From: an uncultured Bacteroidota bacterium
GTDB taxonomy: Bacteria > Bacteroidota > Bacteroidia > Flavobacteriales > Flavobacteriaceae
Direction of reading: 5' to 3'
Assembly: GCA_902635895.1 (NCBI GenBank)
Contig: CACPPV010000003.1
Span: 11,830-75,829 of the forward strand
Length of the DNA: 64,000 nt
Shown here in pieces: positions 46,311 to 56,340 of the stretch. Numbering within the stretch: the stretch's first letter is position 1; each line of letters starts with the position of its first letter. Position numbers and translations under genes: made by a program. The notes beneath the pieces are model-generated. The model was given only the letters and a program-made list of their open reading frames with translations. It made no database searches and had not been told where the DNA came from.

Positions 46311-47000
46311 TTAAAAGCCTCTTTTATTTTTAATGTTTTGATAAGCTTTTTGAATTTTTTGAAATTTATCTTGAGCCGCTTTAACATACGCTTCACCAAG
46401 ATGTTGAACTTTATCTGGATGATGTTTTTTTGCTAAGGTTCGATATGACTTTTTTATTTCGTCATCGGATGAGTTTTTATCGACTTCTAAAATTTTATAA
46501 TCATTATCAGTTTCTATAATAAACATCGCTTTGATACTTAAAAAATCTGCATATGATAATTTGAATAAATTTGAGAACTCTAAAAGTTTATTGATTTCTT
46601 GCTGGCTAATGCTTCCATCAGCTTTGGCAATTCCAAACAGGAAGTGAATTACCTGAAGTTTACTTTCATAATTCAAACCCAAATTAAATAATTTTGATAT
46701 TTGATTTACAGAGACACCTTTGTTTTTAAAATTTTGATTAAAAATTTTAAAAACTTCATTAGCTCTATTTTTGCCATAAGCTGAAACAAAATAACGTCTT
46801 ACAAAATCTAATTCTTTTTGAGATACCTTTCCATCAGCTTTGATAACTAGTGAGGCTAGAGCTAATAAATTAATTTCAAAATCTTTGTTTGAAATCTTTA
46901 CTGATTTGGGTGATAAAAAAGATCCAATAAAAAATCCTATTAAAGCTCCAGGAAGCCTAAATATTGTGTATCCAAAAAAAGCAAATAACCATTTATACAT
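46311..47000 (-). CDS. DjlA-like co-chaperone (TM anchor + TerB-like domain + C-terminal J-domain)
   Basis: J-domain DYKILEVDKNSSDDEIKKSYRTLAKKHHPDK at the C-terminus; N-terminal hydrophobic helix. Confidence 0.75.
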   Translation of the reverse strand: MYKWLFAFFGYTIFRLPGALIGFFIGSFLSPKSVKISNKDFEINLLALASLVIKADGKVSQKELDFVRRYFVSAYGKNRANEVFKIFNQNFKNKGVSVNQISKLFNLGLNYESKLQVIHFLFGIAKADGSISQQEINKLLEFSNLFKLSYADFLSIKAMFIIETDNDYKILEVDKNSSDDEIKKSYRTLAKKHHPDKVQHLGEAYVKAAQDKFQKIQKAYQNIKNKRGF

Positions 47001-47068
47001 TCACAAAGTTTCAGTCAAATTTACAAATGTCTACTTAATTAAATAAGGAGTTTTTAATCATTGTTTAT

Positions 47069-47076
47069 TATATTTG
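47069..47076 (+). promoter_or_regulatory. -7 box TATATTTG upstream of the bacilliredoxin-like gene
   Basis: Exact TAnnTTTG within TATATTTGCAAAAA, 20 nt before ATG 47097. Confidence 0.5.
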
Positions 47077-47096
47077 CAAAAACAAAAATTTAACTT

Positions 47097-47507
47097 ATGT
47101 ATCCAGCTGAATTAGTCAAGCCAATGAGAGAAGATTTAACATCTGTTGGCTTTATTGAACTGAAAGATTCCAATGATGTTAACACCAATCTGCCTAATAG
47201 TAAAACAGCTGTTATAATCGTTAATTCAGTCTGTGGTTGTGCAGCTGCCAATGCTCGTCCTGGTATAAAAAATTCATTAAATAATGAAAAAACACCAGAA
47301 AAATTGTTTACCGTTTTTGCTGGTGTGGATAAAGAAGCAACCGATGCTGCAAGAAGTCTAATGATTCCATTCCCACCATCGTCACCATGTATTGCTTTAT
47401 TTAAAGATGGAGAATTGGTACACATGCTTGAAAGACATCATATTGAAGGAAGATCCGCTGAAGTGATCAGTGAAAACTTAAAACAAGCATACAACCAATT
47501 TTGTTAA
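47097..47507 (+). CDS. BrxA/BrxB (YphP/YqiW, DUF1094) family bacilliredoxin-like thiol oxidoreductase
   Basis: 136 aa; VNSVCGCAA redox motif (CGC) and PSSPCIALFKDGELV. Confidence 0.8.
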   Translation: MYPAELVKPMREDLTSVGFIELKDSNDVNTNLPNSKTAVIIVNSVCGCAAANARPGIKNSLNNEKTPEKLFTVFAGVDKEATDAARSLMIPFPPSSPCIALFKDGELVHMLERHHIEGRSAEVISENLKQAYNQFC

Positions 47508-48961
47508 CTTTCTAAAGGAAAATTAATTGTAAAGGTTGTGCCTTTGCCAAGTTTAGTGTCAAAATCAATCTTGCCATTATAAGACATAACAAGATTTTTA
47601 ACCATTCCTAAGCCTAGCCCCATTCCTCCCGACTTTGTAGTAAAATTTGGTTCGAAAATATTTGAAATAATTTCATCAGGAATTCCATGACCATTATCTT
47701 TTACCTTTATTTCGACAGTATCTTTTCTTTTCTTAATATGAACTTTAATTTCTGGATTAGAAACATTTTGACAAGCCTGAACTGAATTTTTAATTAGATT
47801 GGTAATAATTCGGACAATTTGTGGCTTATCAATTTCAACAATTATGGTTTGTTCGTCAGATTTGAAAGAAATATTTTCTTCTTTAAAAATCTCTAATGCT
47901 AATTTAATTGCAACTACAATATTTGTTTTTTCTCCTTTTTGAATTGGCATCTCAGAAAAATTTGAAAAAGCAGAAGCTATTGAGCTCATTGTATCTATCT
48001 GTTGAATTATAGTTTGAGTAAATTCCTGAACCTTATCTTCATTTGCTTTGTCATTTTCTTTAAAATTTCTCTCAAAGCTTTGGACACTTAATTTCATTGG
48101 AGTTAAAGGATTCTTTATTTCGTGCGCTACTTGTTTAGCCATTTGTCTCCATGCTTGCTCTTTGTTAGACTGAGACAATTCTTTAACATTTTTATCGAGC
48201 ATTTCTACCATGTTATTATATGAATCAACCAAACTATTGACTTCTTTGCTTCTTGCTTTAATTTTAATTTTAGAATTTCTTTTGTCTAACCTAGTCTGTT
48301 TCATTTTTAAAGCTATTTCTGAAATTGCTTTAGTCATATACTGTGAAATAAAATATGATATTATGATGGATAAGATTAGTAAAAAAAAGTAAACCTCTCC
48401 TAGAATAATTAGAAATGATTCTAGTTCGTAAGAATTTAAGTTGTCGTCGTCATAATATGGAAGATTAAGAATCCATAGAGGGTTAAAATTATCATCAATA
48501 ATCAGGGAATATGATGACCTATATTGGATATCATTTCTTTGAGTAATTTCTATAATTTTGGAATCCTTTTGTTCTAAAATTTTAGAAAGAAGCTCTTTGT
48601 CAATAATGTTAATTTCGTTCTTTGGAAGTGTTGAGTTAATAAGCGATCCATCCAAATTGTACAAACTAAACTTTACACTTTGAACATCTGAAACCTCATA
48701 TATTTTTTCAGCTAAAATAGAATCGAATTCTTCAATGTTTTTTTTATCTCCAGCTTCATTGGAAAAGTAAGCTATACTTCTTTGAATTTGAGCTTCTTTT
48801 CTTTCTAATCTCTTTGAATGATATTTGTCTGACTGTGTTTTAAACTGTGGTATTGTAATTAGAGAAATTAATATGAACGTGGCAACTACAATAACTGTCA
48901 TTGCTAAAAAAATTCTAGCCCTTAAAGACAAGTTTGTTTCAAAATTTAAAAATTTTTTCAA
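47504..48961 (-). CDS. Membrane sensor histidine kinase with no response regulator in the window
   Basis: Two TM helices flanking a roughly 150-aa extracytoplasmic domain; H-box AHEIKNPLTPM; N-box/G-boxes DNGHGIP and GGMGLGLGMV. TTG start overlaps the hemJ stop (TTGA). Confidence 0.88.
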   Translation of the reverse strand: MKKFLNFETNLSLRARIFLAMTVIVVATFILISLITIPQFKTQSDKYHSKRLERKEAQIQRSIAYFSNEAGDKKNIEEFDSILAEKIYEVSDVQSVKFSLYNLDGSLINSTLPKNEINIIDKELLSKILEQKDSKIIEITQRNDIQYRSSYSLIIDDNFNPLWILNLPYYDDDNLNSYELESFLIILGEVYFFLLILSIIISYFISQYMTKAISEIALKMKQTRLDKRNSKIKIKARSKEVNSLVDSYNNMVEMLDKNVKELSQSNKEQAWRQMAKQVAHEIKNPLTPMKLSVQSFERNFKENDKANEDKVQEFTQTIIQQIDTMSSIASAFSNFSEMPIQKGEKTNIVVAIKLALEIFKEENISFKSDEQTIIVEIDKPQIVRIITNLIKNSVQACQNVSNPEIKVHIKKRKDTVEIKVKDNGHGIPDEIISNIFEPNFTTKSGGMGLGLGMVKNLVMSYNGKIDFDTKLGKGTTFTINFPLES

Positions 48962-49491
48962 TTCCTTATTCTCTTGTAAAGTTTAATTAAAACTAAAATC
49001 AATATTATAAATACTATAGTTCCAGCTGTAAATTTAGTCCAGTTTACAGTATTTTTTAAAACTACTAAAAAAACAACCGACACGAGAATCACACTTGTTA
49101 CTTCATTCCAAATCCGCATAAAATCTGAGGAGTATTTTACAACACCTAACTGTAATTCTTTAAATATGAAGTGTGTTTTAATGTGATATAAAATAAGACC
49201 TAATACAAAAATTAATTTTGCAATCATCCAGTTTTCATACAACCAACTTGGAACTAAAATCAATAACCACGTTCCAAACAATAAAGCAAGAATTGCAGAT
49301 GGCCAAGAAATTATAAACCAGAGCCTATTCATCATAATTGAAAGTTGATTAGTTAGAATTTCCTTTTCAGATTCTTTCTTTTCAGAGGCTTCAATATAGT
49401 ATATAAACAGCCTTGGAATATAAAATAATCCAGCAAACCACGTAACTACAAAAATTATATGTAAAGATTTAATTATGTTATAGTATTCCAA
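48958..49491 (-). CDS. hemJ: Protoporphyrinogen IX oxidase, HemJ type
   Basis: 177 aa, 4-5 TM; N-terminal KSLHIIFVVTWFAGLFYIPRLF motif; located directly after hemH. Confidence 0.8.
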   Translation of the reverse strand: MEYYNIIKSLHIIFVVTWFAGLFYIPRLFIYYIEASEKKESEKEILTNQLSIMMNRLWFIISWPSAILALLFGTWLLILVPSWLYENWMIAKLIFVLGLILYHIKTHFIFKELQLGVVKYSSDFMRIWNEVTSVILVSVVFLVVLKNTVNWTKFTAGTIVFIILILVLIKLYKRIRN

Positions 49492-49500
49492 AATAATTTT

Positions 49501-50520
49501 TTAATTAAGATTTGCCCACTCATCTATCCATCTACTTAAAGTTTTTACCCATTCTTTGTCATCATTTAAACATGGAACCACATGAAATTTCTCTCCTCCT
49601 TTTTCAATAAAGTCTTCTTTAGCTTCCATGGCAATTTCTTCCAATGTTTCTAAACAGTCTGAAACAAAAGCAGGAGTAACTATAGCCATTTTTTTTGTTC
49701 CTGTTTCAGCAAAATTTTCAACTACCTTATCAGTGTATGGTTTTAACCAGGGTTGGCCAGCTAATCTTGATTGAAAGGAACTAGAATAAGAACCCTCACT
49801 AAGTTCTAAATACTCAGCAACTTGCCTTGTTGTTTCATAACATTGGTGTCGATAACAATATTTATGAGCTGAAGATTTAGTCTGACAACAGCTTTGATCA
49901 ATTTTACAATGAGATTTTGTAATATCCGTTTTTCTTATATGTCTTTCAGGAATACCATGGTAAGAGAAAAGAATATGATCCCATTCTTTACCATTTAAAT
50001 AGCTTTGAATCGAATTTGATAAAACCCTTATGTAATCTTTATGATTGTAAAAGGCTGGTAAGTTCGTAAAGTGAACATCTGGAAAAAATTCATTTTTTAT
50101 TTTATCAGCTAAAACTAATATAGTTTCAGTAGATGCCATAGCGTGTTGAGGATAAAGAGGAATGAGTAAAATTTCTGTAACGCCTTTATCCACTAATTCT
50201 TGAATTCCAGATTTTATTGAAGGGTTTCCATATCGCATTGAAAGTGCTACAGGTATAGAAGTGATGTTTTTTACTTTTTCCAATAATCTGTAAGACAATA
50301 CTATCAATGGGGACCCTTCATCCCACCATATTTTTTTATAAGCTTTGGCTGATTTTTTGGGTCTAAAATTTAAAATTATTCCCTTTACAAGAAGAGTCCT
50401 AAGCCATAAAGGTTCGTCAATGACTCTTTCATCCATTAAAAATTCTTTTAAATATTTTTTTACATCCTTAACCTCAGTACTGTCTGGTGATCCTAAGTTA
50501 ACTAATAAAGCTCCTTTCAT
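49501..50520 (-). CDS. hemH: Ferrochelatase
   Basis: GALLVNLGSPDS, LIPLYPQ, SYHGIPE and ETLEEI motifs; 339 aa. Confidence 0.93.
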   Translation of the reverse strand: MKGALLVNLGSPDSTEVKDVKKYLKEFLMDERVIDEPLWLRTLLVKGIILNFRPKKSAKAYKKIWWDEGSPLIVLSYRLLEKVKNITSIPVALSMRYGNPSIKSGIQELVDKGVTEILLIPLYPQHAMASTETILVLADKIKNEFFPDVHFTNLPAFYNHKDYIRVLSNSIQSYLNGKEWDHILFSYHGIPERHIRKTDITKSHCKIDQSCCQTKSSAHKYCYRHQCYETTRQVAEYLELSEGSYSSSFQSRLAGQPWLKPYTDKVVENFAETGTKKMAIVTPAFVSDCLETLEEIAMEAKEDFIEKGGEKFHVVPCLNDDKEWVKTLSRWIDEWANLN

Positions 50521-50527
50521 TTTTAAA

Positions 50528-51409
50528 TTAAATTGACATTAAATATTTTTTTGGTGTGGTTCCGAACTTTTTCTTAAAAGCGTTTATAAAATGTGTAGCT
50601 GTACTATATCCAATTTTAAGTGCAACTTCGTTTACATTGTATTTTCCAGATGACAATAGTCTTTTTGAGACCTGCATTTTATAGTCCAACAAAAAAGAAA
50701 AAACTGAAGATCCGTAAACTTGCTTAAAACCTTGTTTCAACTTTTTTAAACTTATATCAACCTCTTTTGCAAGTTCTACTAAAGTTGGAGGTTCCATCAT
50801 TCTTGAAATTATTATTTCTTTAGCGAGTTTTATTTTCTTTATGTTATTGTCATCTGCCAAGAAAGGACATTGTTCTATGTCCATTTCTTTATCTTTACTA
50901 AAATACAAACTCATCAGTTCAAAAACTTTTCCTCTTAGATATAGAGTGTACATTGTAAGATCCATCGACTGTTGATACATTTGATTTAGAACAATAGCAA
51001 TCATTGGGCCAATTTTTTTTTCTTTATACAACTTGTTTCCAGCATTTTCATTATTTAAAAAAGAAATCTGATCAGCTTCACTAGAGAATAAACTATGAAA
51101 TTTTTTTATCGAAATTAAAATTGAAAGTACTTGGCTTTCTGAATTTAAAACTAAGTTAATAGGTAATTCTTTATGTGGATTATATAATAAAATAGAGTTT
51201 TCGTTCTCAACATTAAAAACATAAGATCCTTCATTAAACAAAAAATTAGAAAACCCTTTTATACAAAAATGGAATTGAATATAGTCCTTGCCTATGTTAT
51301 AATTAAAATTTTCTTCATACTCACTTTCGTTAGTATGCTTAAGTAAAATTAGACCCTCATCAACCTTAAAACTTTCACTAGTACCTTTTGCGATATTTTT
51401 TAAATTCAT
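50528..51409 (-). CDS. AraC family transcriptional regulator (cupin-like N-domain, no receiver domain)
   Basis: C-terminal double HTH (PPTLVELAKEVDISLKKLKQGFKQVYG; IGYSTATHFINAFKKKFGTTPKKY). First gene of the hemH-hemJ-kinase string, with 7 nt to hemH. Confidence 0.88.
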   Translation of the reverse strand: MNLKNIAKGTSESFKVDEGLILLKHTNESEYEENFNYNIGKDYIQFHFCIKGFSNFLFNEGSYVFNVENENSILLYNPHKELPINLVLNSESQVLSILISIKKFHSLFSSEADQISFLNNENAGNKLYKEKKIGPMIAIVLNQMYQQSMDLTMYTLYLRGKVFELMSLYFSKDKEMDIEQCPFLADDNNIKKIKLAKEIIISRMMEPPTLVELAKEVDISLKKLKQGFKQVYGSSVFSFLLDYKMQVSKRLLSSGKYNVNEVALKIGYSTATHFINAFKKKFGTTPKKYLMSI

Positions 51410-51424
51410 TTAAAAAAAATTTTT

Positions 51425-51445
51425 AATTTAGAATCGTTCTAAATT
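51425..51445. promoter_or_regulatory. Perfect 21-bp palindrome 16 nt upstream of the AraC start codon
   Basis: AATTTAGAA-TCG-TTCTAAATT. Confidence 0.4.
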
Positions 51446-51464
51446 GAGAATAATCTATTTTAAT

Positions 51465-51501
51465 TTTTACTCTGTAAAAGTATAAAATTTAATAGTATTT
51501 T
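51465..51501. promoter_or_regulatory. Inverted repeat TTTTAC-TCT-GTAAAA followed by TAATAGTATTTT (copy 1 of a 12-nt direct repeat)
   Basis: Read directly from the sequence in the AraC/hemA divergent region. Confidence 0.35.
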
Positions 51502-51571
51502 AACAACACTTTTTATTAAAAAACTTATATGGTTATTAATTGAACTTTAAGAGTTATTTTTTGAAAAAGTC

Positions 51572-51597
51572 TAATAGTATTTTTACAGCTGTAAAAA
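51572..51597. promoter_or_regulatory. TAATAGTATTTT (copy 2) merging into a perfect 18-bp palindrome TTTTTACAGCTGTAAAAA, 7 nt upstream of the hemA start
   Basis: Read directly from the sequence. The palindrome spans 51580-51597; the hemA TTG is at 51605. Confidence 0.4.
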
Positions 51598-51604
51598 AGA
51601 TTAT

Positions 51605-52840
51605 TTGAAAGCTCCTTTTTTTATCGTTATAGGTATAAGCTATAAAGATGCTGACACTTCTACAAGAGGTAAATTTAGCTTGAGTTCATCTTCTTCTGAA
51701 AGGCTTATTAAACATTCTATTAAAATAGGCTTAAATAATCTTGTAGTAAACTCTACATGTAACAGAGTTGAAATTTATTCGTCATGTAAAGACCCTAACC
51801 TGCTTATTGACTTGCTTTGCGAATATTCTGAGGGGACAGTCCAAGAATTTAATAACTATGGATACACCATTAAAGGAGAAAAAGCTGTCAAACACATTTT
51901 TAATGTTGGAACTGGCTTAGACAGTCAGATTTTAGGAGATTTTGAAATTATTGCTCAACTTAATAATAGTTTTTTAAGATCCAAAAAATTAGGTGCAATT
52001 GACCCTTCCTTTGATAGACTTTTTAACATGGTAAAGCACTGTAGTAAAAGAATAAAAAACGAAACCAACCTTTCGTCAGGAGCAACCTCTGTTTCTTATG
52101 CTGCCGTAAGATATATTCTAGATAACATACCAAACTTAAAATTTAAAAAAATCCTTTTGTTTGGAGCGGGAAAAATAGGAAGAAACACATGTGAAAATTT
52201 AGTAAAACACACCTCAAATAAGCATATAACATTGATAAATAGATCTGAGGATAAAGCTAAGCTTGTCGCTGGCAAATTTGAGGTTTTAGTTGAAAATATT
52301 GAAAATCTAAACACTGAAATTTCAAATTCAGACATTCTTATTGTAGCAACCTCGGCAGAAAAACCTACAGTAACAAAAGAAATGGTTCCCAAAGCTAAAA
52401 CTCTTACGATTTTAGACTTATCCGTTCCAAAAAATGTAGATGAAGATTTATCTGATTTTGAAAATGTAGATTTGCTTGACCTGGATTACTTGTCAACTAT
52501 TACAAACACTAACCTAGAAAACAGAAAAAAATTCATTCCTGATGCTAAAAAAATAATAAAAGAAATTATTGAAGACTTTTATCTATGGATTGACACTCGA
52601 AAATTTGCGCCAACAGTTAATGCTTTGAAAATAAAGCTTAAAAAAATTCAACAAAATAAAATAGACCTTCTAAAAAAAAGAACATCTTCATTTGATGATA
52701 ATAGTGTGAAAGAAGTGTCTGAGCATCTAATACAAAAAATTACAAATCAAGTTGCCAATCATTTGAGAGATAGCGATGATTTTGAGGAAGAATTGGAATC
52801 TATAAAAACAATTTTTCAATTGAATCAAAATGATTACTAA
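51605..52840 (+). CDS. hemA: Glutamyl-tRNA reductase
   Basis: STCNRVEIY active-site motif, GAGKIG NADPH fold; 411 aa. TTG start; there is no in-frame ATG upstream before a stop. Confidence 0.9.
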   Translation: MKAPFFIVIGISYKDADTSTRGKFSLSSSSSERLIKHSIKIGLNNLVVNSTCNRVEIYSSCKDPNLLIDLLCEYSEGTVQEFNNYGYTIKGEKAVKHIFNVGTGLDSQILGDFEIIAQLNNSFLRSKKLGAIDPSFDRLFNMVKHCSKRIKNETNLSSGATSVSYAAVRYILDNIPNLKFKKILLFGAGKIGRNTCENLVKHTSNKHITLINRSEDKAKLVAGKFEVLVENIENLNTEISNSDILIVATSAEKPTVTKEMVPKAKTLTILDLSVPKNVDEDLSDFENVDLLDLDYLSTITNTNLENRKKFIPDAKKIIKEIIEDFYLWIDTRKFAPTVNALKIKLKKIQQNKIDLLKKRTSSFDDNSVKEVSEHLIQKITNQVANHLRDSDDFEEELESIKTIFQLNQNDY

Positions 52841-53747
52841 AGTAAAAATAGGCACCCGGGATAGTGAACTAGCAATTTGGCAAGCCAACTTTTCAAAAAA
52901 AAAACTTCAGGATTTAGGAATAAATTCCGAAATAGTAAAAATTAAATCTGAAGGTGATTTAAATCAAATTACTCCTTTATATGATTTTGGTGTAAGTGGA
53001 GTGTTTACCAAAAGTTTAGATCAAGCCTTATTAAACGATAAAATTGATATTGCAGTTCACAGCCTAAAAGATGTTCCAATTAATCTAGCCAAAGGACTAG
53101 AAATCCCATGTGTTTTTCAAAGAGCAAACCCTTATGATGTTCTTGTTTTGAAAAAAAGAAATTTAGACTTTAATTCTCCTTTAACAATAGCAACAAGCAG
53201 TATTAGAAGAAAAACACAGTGGCTAAACAAATATCCAAATCACAATATTGTTTCGCTTCGTGGAAACGTTGGCACCAGAATGAAAAAGTTAAAGAACAAT
53301 AACTGGGATGGTGCAATATTCGCTAAAGCTGGTTTGGACAGGTTATCAATAGACCCCGAAAATAAAACAATTCTTAACTGGATGATTCCTTCTGCTGCTC
53401 AAGGTACTGTCGCAGTAGCATCCAAAGAGAATAACTTAGAGTTAAATAAGATCTTAAAATCTATTTCCTGCCAAAACACTTTTCATTGTGTCGACCAGGA
53501 AAGAAAATTTTTAAAGCTAATGAATGGAGGATGCTCAATGCCAATATCATCATTTGCATGCATTGAAGAAAAAAAACTAAACTTTAAAGTTGGATTGACC
53601 TGCATTGAAGGCAAAGATTCAATTACTGCAAATGAATATTATGAAATTGAAGATGCTAATGCTTACAAAAAAATTTACGACTTATTAATGTCTAAAGGTG
53701 GAAAAGAAATCCTTTACAAACTCAAAAAAAGTAATGGAAAAAATTAG
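52830..53747 (+). CDS. hemC: Hydroxymethylbilane synthase (porphobilinogen deaminase)
   Basis: IGTRDSELAIWQA, RGNVGTR, and cofactor Cys in GGCSMPI; 305 aa. Confidence 0.93.
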   Translation: MITKVKIGTRDSELAIWQANFSKKKLQDLGINSEIVKIKSEGDLNQITPLYDFGVSGVFTKSLDQALLNDKIDIAVHSLKDVPINLAKGLEIPCVFQRANPYDVLVLKKRNLDFNSPLTIATSSIRRKTQWLNKYPNHNIVSLRGNVGTRMKKLKNNNWDGAIFAKAGLDRLSIDPENKTILNWMIPSAAQGTVAVASKENNLELNKILKSISCQNTFHCVDQERKFLKLMNGGCSMPISSFACIEEKKLNFKVGLTCIEGKDSITANEYYEIEDANAYKKIYDLLMSKGGKEILYKLKKSNGKN

Positions 53748-54402
53748 AATTCTTTCTACTAAAAGTTTAGAAAATAATCTTAAAAATCTGTTTAATAAAA
53801 AACAGTTTGATTTGCATGAACATGATTTTATTACAATAGATTTTACAAATTTTGATCTTCCTCAACATTTTCAAAGCTGGATTTTTAGTAGTAAAAATTC
53901 AGTTGAATCTATTTTTTCAAAAAAAATTAGCGCAAAAACTTTATTTAATAAAATATATTGTGTTGGAGAAAACACAAAATCCCTAATTGAAAAGTATGGT
54001 CAAAAAGTAAATAAAATGTGTCATAACTCATCAGAGTTATCAAACCATATTTTAAAACATTCCAGTAAAGAAAAATTTCTGTTTTGCAGAGGAAACATAC
54101 AAAATCATAGTTTTACAAATTTTTTTAAACAAAAAAACATTGACTTAAATGAGCTCGTTGTATACATGAATAAGTCAAACTCAAAAAAGTTAAAAGAAAA
54201 ATTTGAAGCAATTATGTTTTTTAGTCCTAGCGGTATAAAAAGTTTTCTTGAAAAAAATAGTCTTGGAAATTCAATTTGTGTTTGTATTGGTCAAACCACA
54301 GCTGAATTTGCAGAAAAACACACCTCAAAAGTGATTTACTGCAACACCCCCTCAATAAAAAATGTAATAAATAAGACAATAAAATTATTTAACAATGAAT
54401 AG
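53734..54402 (+). CDS. hemD: Uroporphyrinogen-III synthase
   Basis: About 222 aa, HEM4-like two-lobe pattern ([10 protein letters not shown]); position between hemC and hemE. The ORF-track start 53698 overlaps hemC by 50 nt; ATG 53734 ([10 protein letters not shown]) is preferred. Confidence 0.8.
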   Translation: MEKIRILSTKSLENNLKNLFNKKQFDLHEHDFITIDFTNFDLPQHFQSWIFSSKNSVESIFSKKISAKTLFNKIYCVGENTKSLIEKYGQKVNKMCHNSSELSNHILKHSSKEKFLFCRGNIQNHSFTNFFKQKNIDLNELVVYMNKSNSKKLKEKFEAIMFFSPSGIKSFLEKNSLGNSICVCIGQTTAEFAEKHTSKVIYCNTPSIKNVINKTIKLFNNE

Positions 54403-55426
54403 TATTAATGAAACTCCTCTGTTTTTAAAAGCTTTAAATGGAGAAAAAGTAGATAGACCTCCAGTCTGGATAATGAGACAGGCAGGAAGATATTTGCCTG
54501 ATTTTATGACATTAAAAAATAAGTATGATTTCTTTACTAGATGTCAAACTCCTGAACTGGCTACAGAAATCACATTAATGCCAATAAAACAAATTGGATT
54601 AGATGCAGCTATTATATTTAGTGATATTCTAGTAATTCCACAAGCCATGGGTGTAAACGTTGAAATGAAAAATAATTTTGGGCCATATATTGAGTTCCCT
54701 GTTAGAAACGAAAGTGATGTTATAAACCTAAATATTTCAAATGTTGAAGAAAAATTAAATTATGTTTTTGATGCAGTTAAAATGACAAAAAAAGAACTTC
54801 CAGAAAATATTCCTTTAATTGGGTTTGCTGGATCTCCATGGACTATTTTATGTTACATGGTTCAAGGAAGCGGTTCAAAAACATTTGACATTGCTAAAAG
54901 TTTTTGTTTTAAAAATCCTAAACTTGCCCACACTTTATTAAATAAAATTACATCTATAACCATTGATTATTTAAAAAGAAAAATAGATTCTGGAGTCGAC
55001 GCAGTACAAATTTTCGATTCATGGGGAGGAGTTCTTTCACATAGTGATTATAATGAATTTTCTTATCCCTATATAAAACAGATTAACGATGCATTAAAAG
55101 TTTTAAAGCCTGTTATAATATATCCCAAAGGATGTTGGCATGCAATAAATTCTTACTCAAAAATTGGAGCTTCTGGATTAGGAATTGATTGGTCTTGTTC
55201 AGCAAGAAATGCACGTTATTTGTCTGGAAATAATATCACGCTTCAAGGAAACATGGATCCGAGTAGACTTTTTTCTCCAAAAAATGAACTGATTAAACTG
55301 ACAAAAGAAATGTTAAATGAATTTGGAAAGGAAAAATACATAGCTAATTTAGGCCATGGTATTTTACCAAACACACCAGTCGATAATGTTAAGGTTTTTG
55401 TAGATACAATTAAAAATTATTCTTAA
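54395..55426 (+). CDS. hemE: Uroporphyrinogen decarboxylase
   Basis: [13 protein letters not shown] and IFDSWGG motifs; 343 aa. Confidence 0.95.
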   Translation: MNSINETPLFLKALNGEKVDRPPVWIMRQAGRYLPDFMTLKNKYDFFTRCQTPELATEITLMPIKQIGLDAAIIFSDILVIPQAMGVNVEMKNNFGPYIEFPVRNESDVINLNISNVEEKLNYVFDAVKMTKKELPENIPLIGFAGSPWTILCYMVQGSGSKTFDIAKSFCFKNPKLAHTLLNKITSITIDYLKRKIDSGVDAVQIFDSWGGVLSHSDYNEFSYPYIKQINDALKVLKPVIIYPKGCWHAINSYSKIGASGLGIDWSCSARNARYLSGNNITLQGNMDPSRLFSPKNELIKLTKEMLNEFGKEKYIANLGHGILPNTPVDNVKVFVDTIKNYS

Positions 55427-55427
55427 A

Positions 55428-56330
55428 ATGATAAAAAAAGATTTCTCAAATTTTATCGATAAACTTCAAAAAGATATTGTTACGTCTTTGGAAAAAATTG
55501 ATGGAAAAGAGAAGTTTAAATGTGACCATTGGACTAGAGAAAAAGGCGGAGGAGGGCTCACTATGGTTATTGAAAATGGAAATGTTTTTGAAAAAGGCGG
55601 GGTAAATGTTTCTAAAGTTTATGGTCAGCTCCCTGAATCAATGTCAAAAATGTTGAAAGTAAATAACTCTGATTTTTTTGCTTGTGGAATTAGTATAGTA
55701 ATTCACCCAAAAAACCCCATGGTCCCTACATTTCATGCCAATTTAAGATATTTCGAATTGTATGAAAAAGGCACTTTAACAGATAGTTGGTTTGGAGGAG
55801 GCCTTGATCTAACCCCTTATTATTTATATGAATCCGATATAGTTCATTTTCATAATTCTTGTAAAAAAGTTTGTGATCAATTTAATCCGAATTTCTATAG
55901 GACATATAAAAATAAATGTGACGAATACTTTTGGAATGATCATCGAAACGAAGCTAGAGGTGTTGGAGGTTTGTTTTTTGACTATTGTAGAGAAAACAAA
56001 AATATGAGCTCAAATAATTGGTTTTCTTTTATTAAACAAATGGGAGAGTGTATAAAAAATTCTTATTTACCAATTGTAAAAAAGAGAAAAGACACTGTCT
56101 ATAACAATGAAAATGTTAAGTGGCAAAATATTCGAAGAGGAAGGTATGTTGAATTCAATCTTTTACATGATAAAGGAACTCTGTTTGGTCTGAAAACTAA
56201 AGGTAGAATTGAAAGTATTTTAATAAGTATGCCTCCAAAAGTAAGATGGGTTTATGATTACACCCCAAAAAATGGAAGTCAGGAAGAAGAACTAATAAAT
56301 ATTTTAAAATCCCCAAAAAACTGGGTTTAA
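55428..56330 (+). CDS. hemF: Oxygen-dependent coproporphyrinogen-III oxidase
   Basis: GGGGLT, NLRYFE, RRGRYVEFNLLHDKGTLFGL; 300 aa. Confidence 0.93.
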   Translation: MIKKDFSNFIDKLQKDIVTSLEKIDGKEKFKCDHWTREKGGGGLTMVIENGNVFEKGGVNVSKVYGQLPESMSKMLKVNNSDFFACGISIVIHPKNPMVPTFHANLRYFELYEKGTLTDSWFGGGLDLTPYYLYESDIVHFHNSCKKVCDQFNPNFYRTYKNKCDEYFWNDHRNEARGVGGLFFDYCRENKNMSSNNWFSFIKQMGECIKNSYLPIVKKRKDTVYNNENVKWQNIRRGRYVEFNLLHDKGTLFGLKTKGRIESILISMPPKVRWVYDYTPKNGSQEEELINILKSPKNWV

Positions 56331-56340
56331 ATCTAAAATT

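Noticed and set aside
47090-47425. 111-aa reverse-strand ORF overlapping the bacilliredoxin-like gene.
   Set aside because: The forward frame carries the conserved CGC redox motif and has a promoter box. The reverse product is low-complexity (Ala/Ser/Leu-rich) and would start inside the forward gene's 5' end.
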